Source: Armatimonadota bacterium (GTDB lineage: Bacteria; Armatimonadota; Fimbriimonadia; Fimbriimonadales; Fimbriimonadaceae). From it: a DNA stretch of 64,000 nucleotides. The notes beneath the pieces are model-generated. The model worked only from the letters and a program-made list of their open reading frames with translations, was not told the DNA's origin and did no database searches. This document shows positions 27,301-35,631 of this stretch, piece after piece; position 1 is the stretch's first letter, and each line of letters opens with the position of its first letter. Location: NCBI GenBank assembly GCA_023392285.1, contig JAEVZK010000091.1, positions 5,208 to 69,207 on the forward strand, given 5' to 3'. Both the position numbers and the translations under genes were made by a program.

Positions 27301-27876
27301 CCCAGCTTGAGTTCTACCGTGCCTGCCACTCCCCATTCGCCGGGAATACCATCGGTCAAGACTCACACGAAATCGAGCAATGGCCCGGCTTCTCCCCAAA
27401 TGCCGCGCATGCGGCCAGGCATTCCCGCCACGCCAAGCATGACCCAGAGCCTGAGCAGTTCAGCTCCGGCAATGACCGACTCTCCCATTCCGACGACCGC
27501 CGGAGCGCACCCTGGGATCAGCAATCTGGCCGCGCCTGCCCCTGCGACGCTTCCAAAAATTGGAGGAGAGTCAGCCTCCGTAAGGGAGCGACCGAAGTCG
27601 AGCATTCTGGCCCATCAAGCGCCTGCAATGCCCATCGCGGCATCTGTTGCCGCCGCAAAACCCACTGCCAGCAGCACCTTCGTGCAGCGAGCGCAGATGA
27701 ACGAGGGCATCGCAACTGCGCCCAATTCATCCATCCAAGAGCCGGAACATAGCTCCAGCCGAACGACCAAAGATCCCGGTCAGGCGGCTCACGAAATCAA
27801 CATGCTCGCCAATGAAGTGTGGACGCTTCTGCGGCGCAAGCTCACCTTCGAGGCGGAGCGAATGGGCCGCCGCTAA
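24382..27876 (+). CDS. 1164-aa low-complexity (Ala/Gly/Ser/Pro/Met-rich) protein; tape-measure (Afp14-like) candidate
   Basis: Structured, charged N-terminal ~200 aa, then ~900 aa of low-complexity sequence, then a conserved-looking C-terminal helix. It sits directly upstream of the LysM hub gene. The function is inferred from position only. Confidence 0.45.
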   Translation: MTDQRAKDLASIEPPSSMKKIVSFAEQLSFGQDALFAGTELPKPHIGQNGVNAGKLARQMSVNPYSIFPGVGSEGLDSVMSRQMVRTRDIQDFTRWLMKFDAKRSELVVYDTPEQIFFQHATPELAEQFMYQHNPEIEQIIREGRRRRTVTQEIETEEIEVRRVETRRKRIKTEQVETLEAEEESAKAQQAHARSAKQGDGAESAQAESNQGGQSPAGAATRRNMLRRDAGAEPSSDANRYWRDSGPRMDVAKTPPPTAAQMQAEQITFGQVLTATNRNLLVSNFGMSSLAGGIIRGRADAAASFQAQSAASSAVQSSPVAGTYMPQGSGSFAGQVPSHAYPSGVYPSGGMAQSHFQAPEVSITSQPLGTFRPSGAQSLRVNGVEVTSDWDGGPGMVPPPGMYTGPESAAIPSARAAAIQEAAVGSRSMRGAAVAGAALLGPMAFAALPAMGGGLYPVGGQSVAIASMTPLQLAAMQGRGSSYVGVPGYAGAVSESMAMNLASRANASAGLGGVPMLIGDGSVMPAGQVERKDVMGMGFVGGAHPSAIARGIGSFEPGVQTSIPNSPLMGQITLIAPPMEVASAEAERAGTAVSFDVKTLAKGAGALDATSLTMLKSAMPQGLQAIYPALPQSQLGPHAVNMKLAPSLLGQILNEGYGGRAAQMTPHFADAASKVSLSSPVAMPMEASIVPVTSRPVGDQAGLLGAAGGTEKGLGQIGAGGASRGGALDFLGMPVRLAPSLAGSPEMSAAAEARKAMPPGAAAVMRPNEFAPLRSKLFPAFGSVKAEPDQKAWEKAAPSYGMRSARPENLLSPEARLKPPAGGASVPQMHTVSPTATAKALAGAAAVSSIADAAMPSGLHALSSSAMAGGALGAFAGGGLAAMGQAGPLGMISGLRGSRGGVPAVPSLGSVMSLARPNPLMAAGFAGRFAGGMAAPAMSFGSPTQPGMSPSVMSQRVASRWSPAAPMGKGLGLPSLSSTVPATPHSPGIPSVKTHTKSSNGPASPQMPRMRPGIPATPSMTQSLSSSAPAMTDSPIPTTAGAHPGISNLAAPAPATLPKIGGESASVRERPKSSILAHQAPAMPIAASVAAAKPTASSTFVQRAQMNEGIATAPNSSIQEPEHSSSRTTKDPGQAAHEINMLANEVWTLLRRKLTFEAERMGRR

Positions 27877-27894
27877 ATTTAGGAACAGACAACC

Positions 27895-28545
27895 ATGAGC
27901 CTCACTAAAGCTACGATCACCAACCTCGGGAACAACAGTCAATTTGAAGTGCTGTTCAACCCGACCGAATACACGATTGCAAAGACGAACTCGTGGCAAG
28001 CCCGCCCGGTCGTCGGCCGCAACGTGCCAAGGCTGGACTTTACGGGTGGTGGTTCACGAACCCTTACGCTCGAACTGTTCCTAGACGTGATGGATCGAAG
28101 CGGGGAGACCGACGTTCGTCCGCATGTCGATAAGCTTTGGGAGCTTACGATGATCGACGAGGCGCACCGCAATTCGTCGACCGATCGTTCTCGTCCCCCG
28201 CTGTGCCTGTTCCAATGGGGCGGCAACTGGCACTTCAAGGCGGCGGTGACGAGCCTTTCCGTTCGCTACACGCTGTTCAACGAGGACGGCGTTCCGATTC
28301 GAGCCGTGGCCACTTGCAGCTTCGAAGAAGCGGAAGACGAGAATGAGCAGCCGGGCACGAATCCGACGTCCTATGCCGAAGCCGGCATGCGTCGCCGCGA
28401 AGTGCGTCCGCGTGACACCCTGGCGCTCATTTCCTATGAGGAGTACGGTGATTCTTCGAAATGGAGAATGATTGCCGAAGCCAATTCGATTCATGATCCT
28501 CGAACGCTCACGCCAGGGCAGATTTTAGCCATTCCGGCACTCTAA
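27895..28545 (+). CDS. Tube-initiator/hub adaptor protein with C-terminal LysM domain (Afp7/Pvc7-like; P2 gpX-like LysM)
   Basis: 216 aa. N-terminus FEVLFNPTEYTIAKTNSW...RLDFTGGGSRTLTLELFLD. C-terminal LysM RPRDTLALISYEEYGDSSKWRMIAEANSIHDPRTLTPGQILAIP. Confidence 0.8.
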   Translation: MSLTKATITNLGNNSQFEVLFNPTEYTIAKTNSWQARPVVGRNVPRLDFTGGGSRTLTLELFLDVMDRSGETDVRPHVDKLWELTMIDEAHRNSSTDRSRPPLCLFQWGGNWHFKAAVTSLSVRYTLFNEDGVPIRAVATCSFEEAEDENEQPGTNPTSYAEAGMRRREVRPRDTLALISYEEYGDSSKWRMIAEANSIHDPRTLTPGQILAIPAL

Positions 28546-28549
28546 CTCA

Positions 28550-30403
28550 ATGAACATCAGCAGTGTCCACAATTCAGGAATTCCGTCGCCTTCTGCGGAT
28601 CGAGATACGAGCGTTAATTCGCACTTAGCTCAATGCTTGATCAAGGTTGACGGGACGAATCTGTCGCCGGACATCATGAATGACGTCATCGAGGTGACGG
28701 TAGAGAACAGCATGTTCATGCCCGACTCCTGCCTCATCCGGGTAAATGACACGAAGGTCACCCACGTCGATGCCAGCCAATTCTTCATCGGGAAAGCGGT
28801 CGAAGTCTCTATGGGGGGAAACACCAATGAAATGACCAACATTTTCAAAGGTGAGATCGTGGGGCTGGATGTCGATTTCGCGGCTCATGGGATGTCTTCC
28901 TTTACGGTCCGCTGCTTGAACAAGGCTCACCGTCTGCACCGGGACCGCAAGCGGCGAACGTTCCTACAAGTCAAAGCCTCCGACATCGTGTTGAAAGTGG
29001 CGTCTGATCACGGGCTGTCGTCGGAGGCGGACAGCGTCGGCCCGGTTCACGAGTATGTCTGTCAAAACAATCAAACGGACTGGGAATTCTTACGCGAGAT
29101 TGCGGATCGAAACGACTGCCGACTGTATGTCACTGACAATAAACTGAAGTTCAAGAAAGTGGATCAGCACCAAAACGAGGTTCCTATTCAATGGGGAGAA
29201 GAACTTCGATCATTTCGTCCACGGATCACTTCTGCAGGTCAGATCAACGAGGCTGTCGTCAAGGGTTGGGATCCCGGTCAGAAGAAAGAAATTGTGGCGA
29301 CCAAGACCCAGGTGAATGGGGACCAGCAAACCGGTATCGGCAAATCCGGTGGCGACACTTCAAAGGCTGCTTTTGGTCCGTCGAAACAAGTCGTAGTCGA
29401 CCGTCCAATCAAAACGCCGGCTGAGGCTGAGCAGATGGCTCAGTCGATCATTGATACCCGGCAAACTCGCTTCGTTGAAGCAGACGGGCTATGTACGGGA
29501 AATCCGAAAATTATGTCCGGCACCAGGGTCAATGTCGCGAAAGTCGGTCAGCGACTCACTGGAAAGTACAACGTGACGGCGACCGTTCACACGTATACGC
29601 CGGCTGAAGGCTATACGACTCAATTCATCTGCAGCGGCAAAGATCCGAACTCTCTTCTTGGGCTGATCGATGGCGAACGGCGCGAAGAGAGCAACATCGG
29701 CGGCAACATTGTGATCGGAATCGTCACCGACAACAAAGATCCGGAGAGCCAAGGGCGCATGAAGGTCAAGTTCCCCTGGTTCGAAGACAATTTGGAGAGC
29801 ACATGGTGCCGGCTCGTCTCACCGATGGCAGGCAAAGATCGAGGATTCCTCTTTCTTCCAGAAGTGGACGATGAAGTGCTCGTTGCCTTTGAGCATGGGG
29901 ATATTACACGGCCGTTCGTGCTGGGTGCCCTCTGGAACGGAAAGGACTCGCCGCCCCGAAAGAGCGACGAAGTGGTGCCAAGCGGAGGCGTCGATCGACG
30001 CCTGATCAAGACCCGCGTCGGGCACATCATCATGCTGGACGACAGCAATGACAAGTGCCAAGTATTTGTCCAAACCAAAGCCGGCCACATCATCAATCTC
30101 GACGACGCGAACTCGAAGATCGAGGTGATCGACAAAACGGGCAGCAACAAGATGACGATCGATTCGAACGCCAACTCGATTAAGTTGGAGTGTGCGGGAA
30201 ATTATGATGTGGACGCGAAAGGCAAAGTGACGATCAAAGGGCAGCAGGGGATCCTGCTCGACACGCCGCAAAACTTGGAAGGCAAGGGCATGAAGGTCGC
30301 GTTCGAGGCGCAGACGGCCGCTGAACTGAAGGGAACCGCGTCGGTTACCGTTCAGTCGTCCGGCCAGACGTCGATTAAGGGAACCATGGTGATGATCAAC
30401 TAA
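28550..30403 (+). CDS. VgrG-like spike protein (gpD/gp27-gp5 fusion; Afp8-like)
   Basis: 617 aa. gp5 OB/C-terminal region GRMKVKFPWFEDNLESTWCRLVSPMAGKDRGFLFLPEVDDEVLVAFEHGDITRPFVLGALWNG, followed by beta-helix repeats. Confidence 0.9.
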   Translation: MNISSVHNSGIPSPSADRDTSVNSHLAQCLIKVDGTNLSPDIMNDVIEVTVENSMFMPDSCLIRVNDTKVTHVDASQFFIGKAVEVSMGGNTNEMTNIFKGEIVGLDVDFAAHGMSSFTVRCLNKAHRLHRDRKRRTFLQVKASDIVLKVASDHGLSSEADSVGPVHEYVCQNNQTDWEFLREIADRNDCRLYVTDNKLKFKKVDQHQNEVPIQWGEELRSFRPRITSAGQINEAVVKGWDPGQKKEIVATKTQVNGDQQTGIGKSGGDTSKAAFGPSKQVVVDRPIKTPAEAEQMAQSIIDTRQTRFVEADGLCTGNPKIMSGTRVNVAKVGQRLTGKYNVTATVHTYTPAEGYTTQFICSGKDPNSLLGLIDGERREESNIGGNIVIGIVTDNKDPESQGRMKVKFPWFEDNLESTWCRLVSPMAGKDRGFLFLPEVDDEVLVAFEHGDITRPFVLGALWNGKDSPPRKSDEVVPSGGVDRRLIKTRVGHIIMLDDSNDKCQVFVQTKAGHIINLDDANSKIEVIDKTGSNKMTIDSNANSIKLECAGNYDVDAKGKVTIKGQQGILLDTPQNLEGKGMKVAFEAQTAAELKGTASVTVQSSGQTSIKGTMVMIN

Positions 30404-30708
30404 TGGGAAAACCAGCAGCAAGACTTGGAGATAGCTGTGCCCATGGAGGCACGATTGTGGCAGGTTGTCCGACCGTGCTCATTGGCGGACAACCCGCCGC
30501 TCGCTTGGGCGACATGCACGTTTGTCCGATGTCGACGCCAGCGACGCCACCGATTCCGCACGTAGGAGGGCCGATCTTGCCGCCTTGCTCACCAACGGTG
30601 ATCATTGGCGGGATGCCTGCGGCTAGAGTTGGTGATATGGCGCTGTGTCCTCCTAGTCCGCCGGATTCGATCGTAGCAGGCTGTCCAACCGTGCTTATTG
30701 GCCCATAA
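30403..30708 (+). CDS. PAAR-domain spike-tip protein (Afp10-like)
   Basis: 101 aa with three PAAR(L/V)GD repeats. The start overlaps the vgrG stop (TAATG). Confidence 0.9.
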   Translation: MGKPAARLGDSCAHGGTIVAGCPTVLIGGQPAARLGDMHVCPMSTPATPPIPHVGGPILPPCSPTVIIGGMPAARVGDMALCPPSPPDSIVAGCPTVLIGP

Positions 30709-30791
30709 AGCAATGCTTTGACAGGTTAGAACGGATATAGTGAGATACAGGTTTTCTGGGGAGGAGACCTGGGGGAATTGAGGGAGATAAC

Positions 30792-31196
30792 TTGGATCAG
30801 ACCAAGAACTTTTTAGGATCAGGCTGGAAGTTTCCGCCACGGTTGGATAACCGGGGGCGGATCGAGCTCGTGCATCAGGAAGACGACGTCGAAGAGGCGA
30901 TCCGTATGGTTCTGCTGACTCGCAAGGGAGAAAGACCGATGCGACCCGAATTCGGATGTGAGATTCACGACCTTGTTTTTGCGCCGAACGATGCCGCCAC
31001 TGCTGGTCTTGCTCGCCGATTCGTGACCGAGTCGCTAAAGCGGTGGGAACCTCGCATTCGAGTTCTCAACGTCCACACCGCTCCTGATCGCCAGAATCGC
31101 GAGCGGCTGATGATCAACATTGATTACGAAGTGATCGTCACCCAAGACCGCCGCAATCTCGTTTTCCCGTTCTACGTGATCCCCGGAGAAGATTAA
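30792..31196 (+). CDS. GPW/gp25-family baseplate wedge protein (Afp9-like)
   Basis: 134 aa. GSGWKFPPRLDNRGRIELV..DDVEEAIRMVLLTRKGERPMRPEFGCEIHDLVF is the classic gp25 signature. TTG start. Confidence 0.9.
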   Translation: MDQTKNFLGSGWKFPPRLDNRGRIELVHQEDDVEEAIRMVLLTRKGERPMRPEFGCEIHDLVFAPNDAATAGLARRFVTESLKRWEPRIRVLNVHTAPDRQNRERLMINIDYEVIVTQDRRNLVFPFYVIPGED

Positions 31197-31199
31197 TCC

Positions 31200-33329
31200 A
31201 TGTCGCTTCCAGCACCCAACCTAGATACAAGAAGTTTTCAAGATATCGTCGACGATTCAAAGCGACAGATCGGCCTTCGCTGTCCTGAGTGGACGGATCA
31301 CAACGTCTCCGATCCTGGCATCACGCTCATCGAGCAGTTCGCCTACATGACGGAGATGACGCTCTTCCGGATGAATCAAGTCCCTGAGCGCAATTACATC
31401 AAGTTCCTTGAGATGATCGGAGTCTCGCTTGAGATGCCGGAGGCGGCACGAACCGATCTGCGTTTCCGAATCTCCCGGTACATCAGGGACGAGGAAGGTG
31501 CCGAGGCCAATGAACTGACTCTTTTCGGAGGAAGAACGGTAGCTTCCACGATGCGAACCGAGACTGAGGAAGCGATCGAATTTGTGACCGATGCAGATAT
31601 TCGCATGGTGCGGCCCAAACTCTCGCACACGTTCGCATTGCCCGCTCCTGATAACGACGAAGGACTGAAGGAGGCGCTCGGTGCGAGAATCTACAACGAG
31701 AAGGCGCTGAAAGACGGCTCTTTCCAGATCTTCGGCGCGGTGCCCAAACAAAACGAAGCCATGTATTTCGGCTTTGAAAATGATATCAATGGCAATCTCA
31801 TCGCGCTGGAAGTTGGGGCTCTAACGGCCGCCGCGACCGGTCTCAACGAGAGCTATCCCGCCCAAGTGTGGGAAGTCTGGACCCTCAACGGTTGGGAGCG
31901 GCTTGAGATCGATAACGACAGCACGTTCGGCTTTAACCGCTCAGGCACGGTCGAACTCGCCTTTCCGCGAAATCTCGATCAACGGCTCATTGGAGGCAAG
32001 CGCGCTTACTGGGCGAGAGTGCGCTACACGGTCGATCGTCACGATCTTCCGCCGCGTGGATCGGATTACTCCGGCCCCGACCCTTACCAGAAGTCTCCCG
32101 AGATCACCTCGCTTGCCGCGATGACGATCGGCGGGACGGCTCCGGCAAGCAATGCGACCGTGGTGGTTGGCGAGCTGGTCGGCTTGAGCGATGGTCTTCC
32201 GGGGCAAGTCTTCCGAACTCGATACAACCCGGTGCTGCGGCTCGGTCTCGAAGAAACGGTGGTGGTCGGAGCCATCGGCGAAGATCCGACCGACCTGGAA
32301 AGCTGGACTCGCTGGGAGCGAGTGGAAGATTTCTCTGAATCTACCGCGAATGATCGGCATTTCACCTTCGACGAATTAACGGGCGAAATCGCTTTTGGTC
32401 CCGTCGTCCAGCAGCCGGATGGCACCACCCGTGCGCATGGCTCGGTTCCCGAGAAGGGCCTATCGATCGCTCTCACGAGTTATCGGATTGGCGGTGGAGT
32501 GCAAGGGAACGTGCGTGAGAACAAGGTTCGCACGCTCAAGGCGGCCTATCCTTATATTACGGATGTGCGGAATCCCCGCCCTGCGACCGGGGGAAGAGAT
32601 CAGGAGACTTTGGAGCACGCGAAGCTGCGCGCTCGCGAGTACATCAAGACCCGAAATCGAGCCGTGACCGCCGAAGACTTCGAAGTTTTGGCCGCCAAGG
32701 GATCGCCAGGAGTGGGGCGTGCTCGCTGCGTCCAGCCTCTCATTCATCCAGGCTCTGACGTGGACATCAAGCCCGGAACGGTAAAGGTTTTGATCGTTCC
32801 TGCGATGAGTCGCGACACGATGGTGCCCCAGCCCGCCGACCTGCGCGTGGACCGACGAACGATCGATGAGGTTTATGCCTTCCTGGATGAACGCCGGTTG
32901 CTTACTACGGTGCTGAACGTTGGCGAGCCGGAGTATGTGTTCGTCTCCGTTGACATCAAACTGGTGGCAGACCCTCGGGCAGATGCCGAGCAGGTGGCGC
33001 GGCGCGTCCAAGAACAGCTTAATCTTTACCTGCACCCGCTCTTTGGTGGACCACAGGGGGCGGGCTGGCCATTCAGAAGGGCGCTCACCCTTGCCGACGT
33101 TTACGCCCAAGTCGGCGCTGTCCGCGGTGTTGCTTTCCTGCTCGATGCCAAGATTTTTGTGTCGCGAATTGCCAATTACGAGGAGGGTGTGCTCTCCCAG
33201 GAGACTCAAGTCTCGAACGAGGAAGGTGTCCGCCTCGGCGAATACGAACTGCTAACCAGCCGACAACACAACATTCGCGTCGTGCCCATGAGCGCGGTTG
33301 GACGCGAGGAGGAGACGGTTTCCGTCTAA
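31200..33329 (+). CDS. Baseplate J / gp6-like wedge protein (Afp11-like)
   Basis: 709 aa. N-terminus NLDTRSFQDIVDDSKRQIGLRCPEWTDHNVSDPGITLIEQFAYMTEMTLFRMNQVPERNYIKFLEMIG is typical of the putative baseplate assembly protein family. Confidence 0.9.
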   Translation: MSLPAPNLDTRSFQDIVDDSKRQIGLRCPEWTDHNVSDPGITLIEQFAYMTEMTLFRMNQVPERNYIKFLEMIGVSLEMPEAARTDLRFRISRYIRDEEGAEANELTLFGGRTVASTMRTETEEAIEFVTDADIRMVRPKLSHTFALPAPDNDEGLKEALGARIYNEKALKDGSFQIFGAVPKQNEAMYFGFENDINGNLIALEVGALTAAATGLNESYPAQVWEVWTLNGWERLEIDNDSTFGFNRSGTVELAFPRNLDQRLIGGKRAYWARVRYTVDRHDLPPRGSDYSGPDPYQKSPEITSLAAMTIGGTAPASNATVVVGELVGLSDGLPGQVFRTRYNPVLRLGLEETVVVGAIGEDPTDLESWTRWERVEDFSESTANDRHFTFDELTGEIAFGPVVQQPDGTTRAHGSVPEKGLSIALTSYRIGGGVQGNVRENKVRTLKAAYPYITDVRNPRPATGGRDQETLEHAKLRAREYIKTRNRAVTAEDFEVLAAKGSPGVGRARCVQPLIHPGSDVDIKPGTVKVLIVPAMSRDTMVPQPADLRVDRRTIDEVYAFLDERRLLTTVLNVGEPEYVFVSVDIKLVADPRADAEQVARRVQEQLNLYLHPLFGGPQGAGWPFRRALTLADVYAQVGAVRGVAFLLDAKIFVSRIANYEEGVLSQETQVSNEEGVRLGEYELLTSRQHNIRVVPMSAVGREEETVSV

Positions 33330-33333
33330 TTCC

Positions 33334-34458
33334 ATGGCGATCATTGAGAGTGGAGGCTATATCAAGCGATTGAACGAGCCTCGAATCGATGGAATTGAAG
33401 CCGAGCTGGTGCCCGACTTCAACTTCGTTTCATTGAAACCGAAGCCGGTCGGCATTTCCCCTGCCCGGCTGCGCATGCTGTGGCATGACGGCACCAAGCC
33501 CTCCGGCGCTTCTCTCCGCATTTCGTCGGAGGACGGCAAAAGCCGTAAGTTCAGAATTTGGGTGGAGAGCTCTGATAATCGTTTCCGACCCAATTGGATT
33601 CGTTGGGCGCTTCCCACTCGTCAAGCTCGGGAGCTCAGCGGAGGAGATTCGCTGGTCGCCCAGGATGAGCTGTTTCAAGACGACCAAGTGATGAATTTGA
33701 TGGTGACGGCGGGGGAGACCCGATCCGTCACGCTCGAGTTCGTAGCGAATCTCGATGGATTCACTCCGACCGGAGATTTTCCGTTCGAAATAGTGATTCA
33801 GGACATTACCGACAGCGCCAACGGTAACGCCGGAGTGCATCGGGTCAACGGGACGCTCTGCCTCACTCATCCAGATTCAAAGATCTTAAATGATCTGCCC
33901 GCCCTCTATCGCGAGGCTCTCTGGGATATGCGGGATGATGTGGCGGGGTATCAGGACCCGCCCTTCTTCGAGCGATTTCTGCTCGGTTTCGAAGATGTGG
34001 TCGAGCCGCTGCAGCAGACGCTCGATCAACTGGATCGACTCTTTGGGCCCTACTCGACGCCGCCTGATTTCGTGCTCTGGCTGGGCGCTTGGGTGGCGAT
34101 GCCGCTCGATGAGAATTGGCCCGAGATGCGTCGTCGGAAGCTAGTCAAGGAAGCGGTCAACCTCTACCGATGGCGCGGGACCAAAAAGGGCCTTTCGCGC
34201 TACCTCGAAATTTACTGCGGAGTTAAGCCAGACATTCACGATCAGCCAGTCGACGGCATGAAGCTAGGCCCTGACAACAAGCTCGGTTCAAAGACGGCGA
34301 CTCTTGGAAATGTGCCGCCGCACACCTTTGTGGTTACGGTGGCCATACCGGATTCAGAAAAAATAAAGGAGCAAACGATCCACGACATTATTCGCTATGA
34401 AAAGCCCGCTCACACCGCCTATGCGCTGCGGGTTATCAGACAAGGGAGAGGGGAATAA
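33334..34458 (+). CDS. Phage-tail-protein-I-like baseplate wedge protein (Afp12-like) with an N-terminal Ig-like domain
   Basis: ATG at 33334 (MAIIESGG), 4 nt after the baseplate J stop. C-terminal LPALYRE...FFERFLLGFEDVVEPLQQTLDQLDRLFGPYSTPPDFVLWLGAWVAMPLDENWPE..RRKLVKEAVNLYRWRGTKKGLSRYLEIY matches the P2 gpI-type tail protein domain. Confidence 0.8.
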   Translation: MAIIESGGYIKRLNEPRIDGIEAELVPDFNFVSLKPKPVGISPARLRMLWHDGTKPSGASLRISSEDGKSRKFRIWVESSDNRFRPNWIRWALPTRQARELSGGDSLVAQDELFQDDQVMNLMVTAGETRSVTLEFVANLDGFTPTGDFPFEIVIQDITDSANGNAGVHRVNGTLCLTHPDSKILNDLPALYREALWDMRDDVAGYQDPPFFERFLLGFEDVVEPLQQTLDQLDRLFGPYSTPPDFVLWLGAWVAMPLDENWPEMRRRKLVKEAVNLYRWRGTKKGLSRYLEIYCGVKPDIHDQPVDGMKLGPDNKLGSKTATLGNVPPHTFVVTVAIPDSEKIKEQTIHDIIRYEKPAHTAYALRVIRQGRGE

Positions 34459-34461
34459 ACC

Positions 34462-35622
34462 ATGCCGATAGAGGAACTTATTTCGCGCCGAATTACCGGC
34501 ATATCACCATTTAACGAACTGCCGATCGATGCCGACATCTGGCGCGAGGCTCACGGGCACCACCATACCCACCGGCACCTTCACTCGGTTTCTGTACACC
34601 GTCCGGGCATCGTCTATGGTCTGGAAGTCGTGGTCTCGAAAAAGGATCGTACGCTTGTGGTTGCTCCCGGAGTAGGCATCGACAGCGACGGCAACACGCT
34701 GCTGCTCAGCGAACCGGCTACGTTTTTGATGGAAGAGAAAGGGCAGCTTTACATCACGATCTCGTACGAGGACAACGTCGACAGCAAGTCGGCGGTGACC
34801 GTCGGCGGGGGCAAGAAATATTTCCGCTTGGTCGAGGGCCGTCAGGTGATCGCTACCAAGGATCTGCCGAAAGGCGCTTATCTCGAGTTGGCTCGAATCG
34901 ATCGGTCTGGCAAAGACAAGCCCATCAAGGAGGCCGCCAATCCGTTCGATCCGGCCGAGGACGAGTTGAACCTCCTATATCGCCAGCAAGCGTTTCCTGC
35001 GTGCTACGCAGATGGCGGCATTGGCGAGGTCGTCTTCCTGCCAAAGTCCGATCCATCTGCATGGAAGCCGAATCGGGCTGGACTTTACGGCTTGGTTCGT
35101 GAGGCGAATGGCTGCGGATTTCATCTTGATTTCAGCGGTCTCTACAATCTTCGAGCGCCGGGTCCGGAAATGCCGATATTTCTCTATGTAGCCTGTGCGG
35201 GCGATTTCCAGCCCCTTTCCGATGAGCAGGTGAGTGGGCTCAAGAAATACCTCGACAACGGGGGCACACTTGTGGCTGAAGCCAGTAAAGGAGATGCCGG
35301 TTTTGCGAAAGCTTTTGCGGATGTCTCGAAAAAAATCGGCGCAACGATGAAAAAAGTGGCGAAAGGAAGCCCGTTGCTGACGTCGCATCATATGTTTTCC
35401 GCGCCGCCGGCCGGAGCGCAGGATAAGGGCGAGGTTCAGGCAGATCTGGATCGAGGCGTGATCTTATCGACCTTCGATTACGGGGCGGCGTGGCAAGGCG
35501 AAGTGGCTAGCCCGGATGCAACGGATGCGCGAGATCGCATTCGTGCAGCCCAAGAATTCGGACATAACATCATTGCGTTCGCGGCCAAAAGGAAAAGGCT
35601 CAGCGAATTAGCTCGACTATAA
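34462..35622 (+). CDS. CIS-locus protein: N-terminal baseplate-associated-looking domain fused to a DUF4159-like C-terminal domain
   Basis: 386 aa. The C-terminal half (MPIFLYVACAGDFQPLSDEQVSGLKKYLDNGGTLVAEASKGDAGFAKAFADV...LLTSHHMF) resembles the DUF4159 pattern 'P.l.m.G...f.ls..E...Lr.YL..GG.l..D'. Confidence 0.5.
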   Translation: MPIEELISRRITGISPFNELPIDADIWREAHGHHHTHRHLHSVSVHRPGIVYGLEVVVSKKDRTLVVAPGVGIDSDGNTLLLSEPATFLMEEKGQLYITISYEDNVDSKSAVTVGGGKKYFRLVEGRQVIATKDLPKGAYLELARIDRSGKDKPIKEAANPFDPAEDELNLLYRQQAFPACYADGGIGEVVFLPKSDPSAWKPNRAGLYGLVREANGCGFHLDFSGLYNLRAPGPEMPIFLYVACAGDFQPLSDEQVSGLKKYLDNGGTLVAEASKGDAGFAKAFADVSKKIGATMKKVAKGSPLLTSHHMFSAPPAGAQDKGEVQADLDRGVILSTFDYGAAWQGEVASPDATDARDRIRAAQEFGHNIIAFAAKRKRLSELARL

Positions 35623-35631
35623 GGAAGATTA

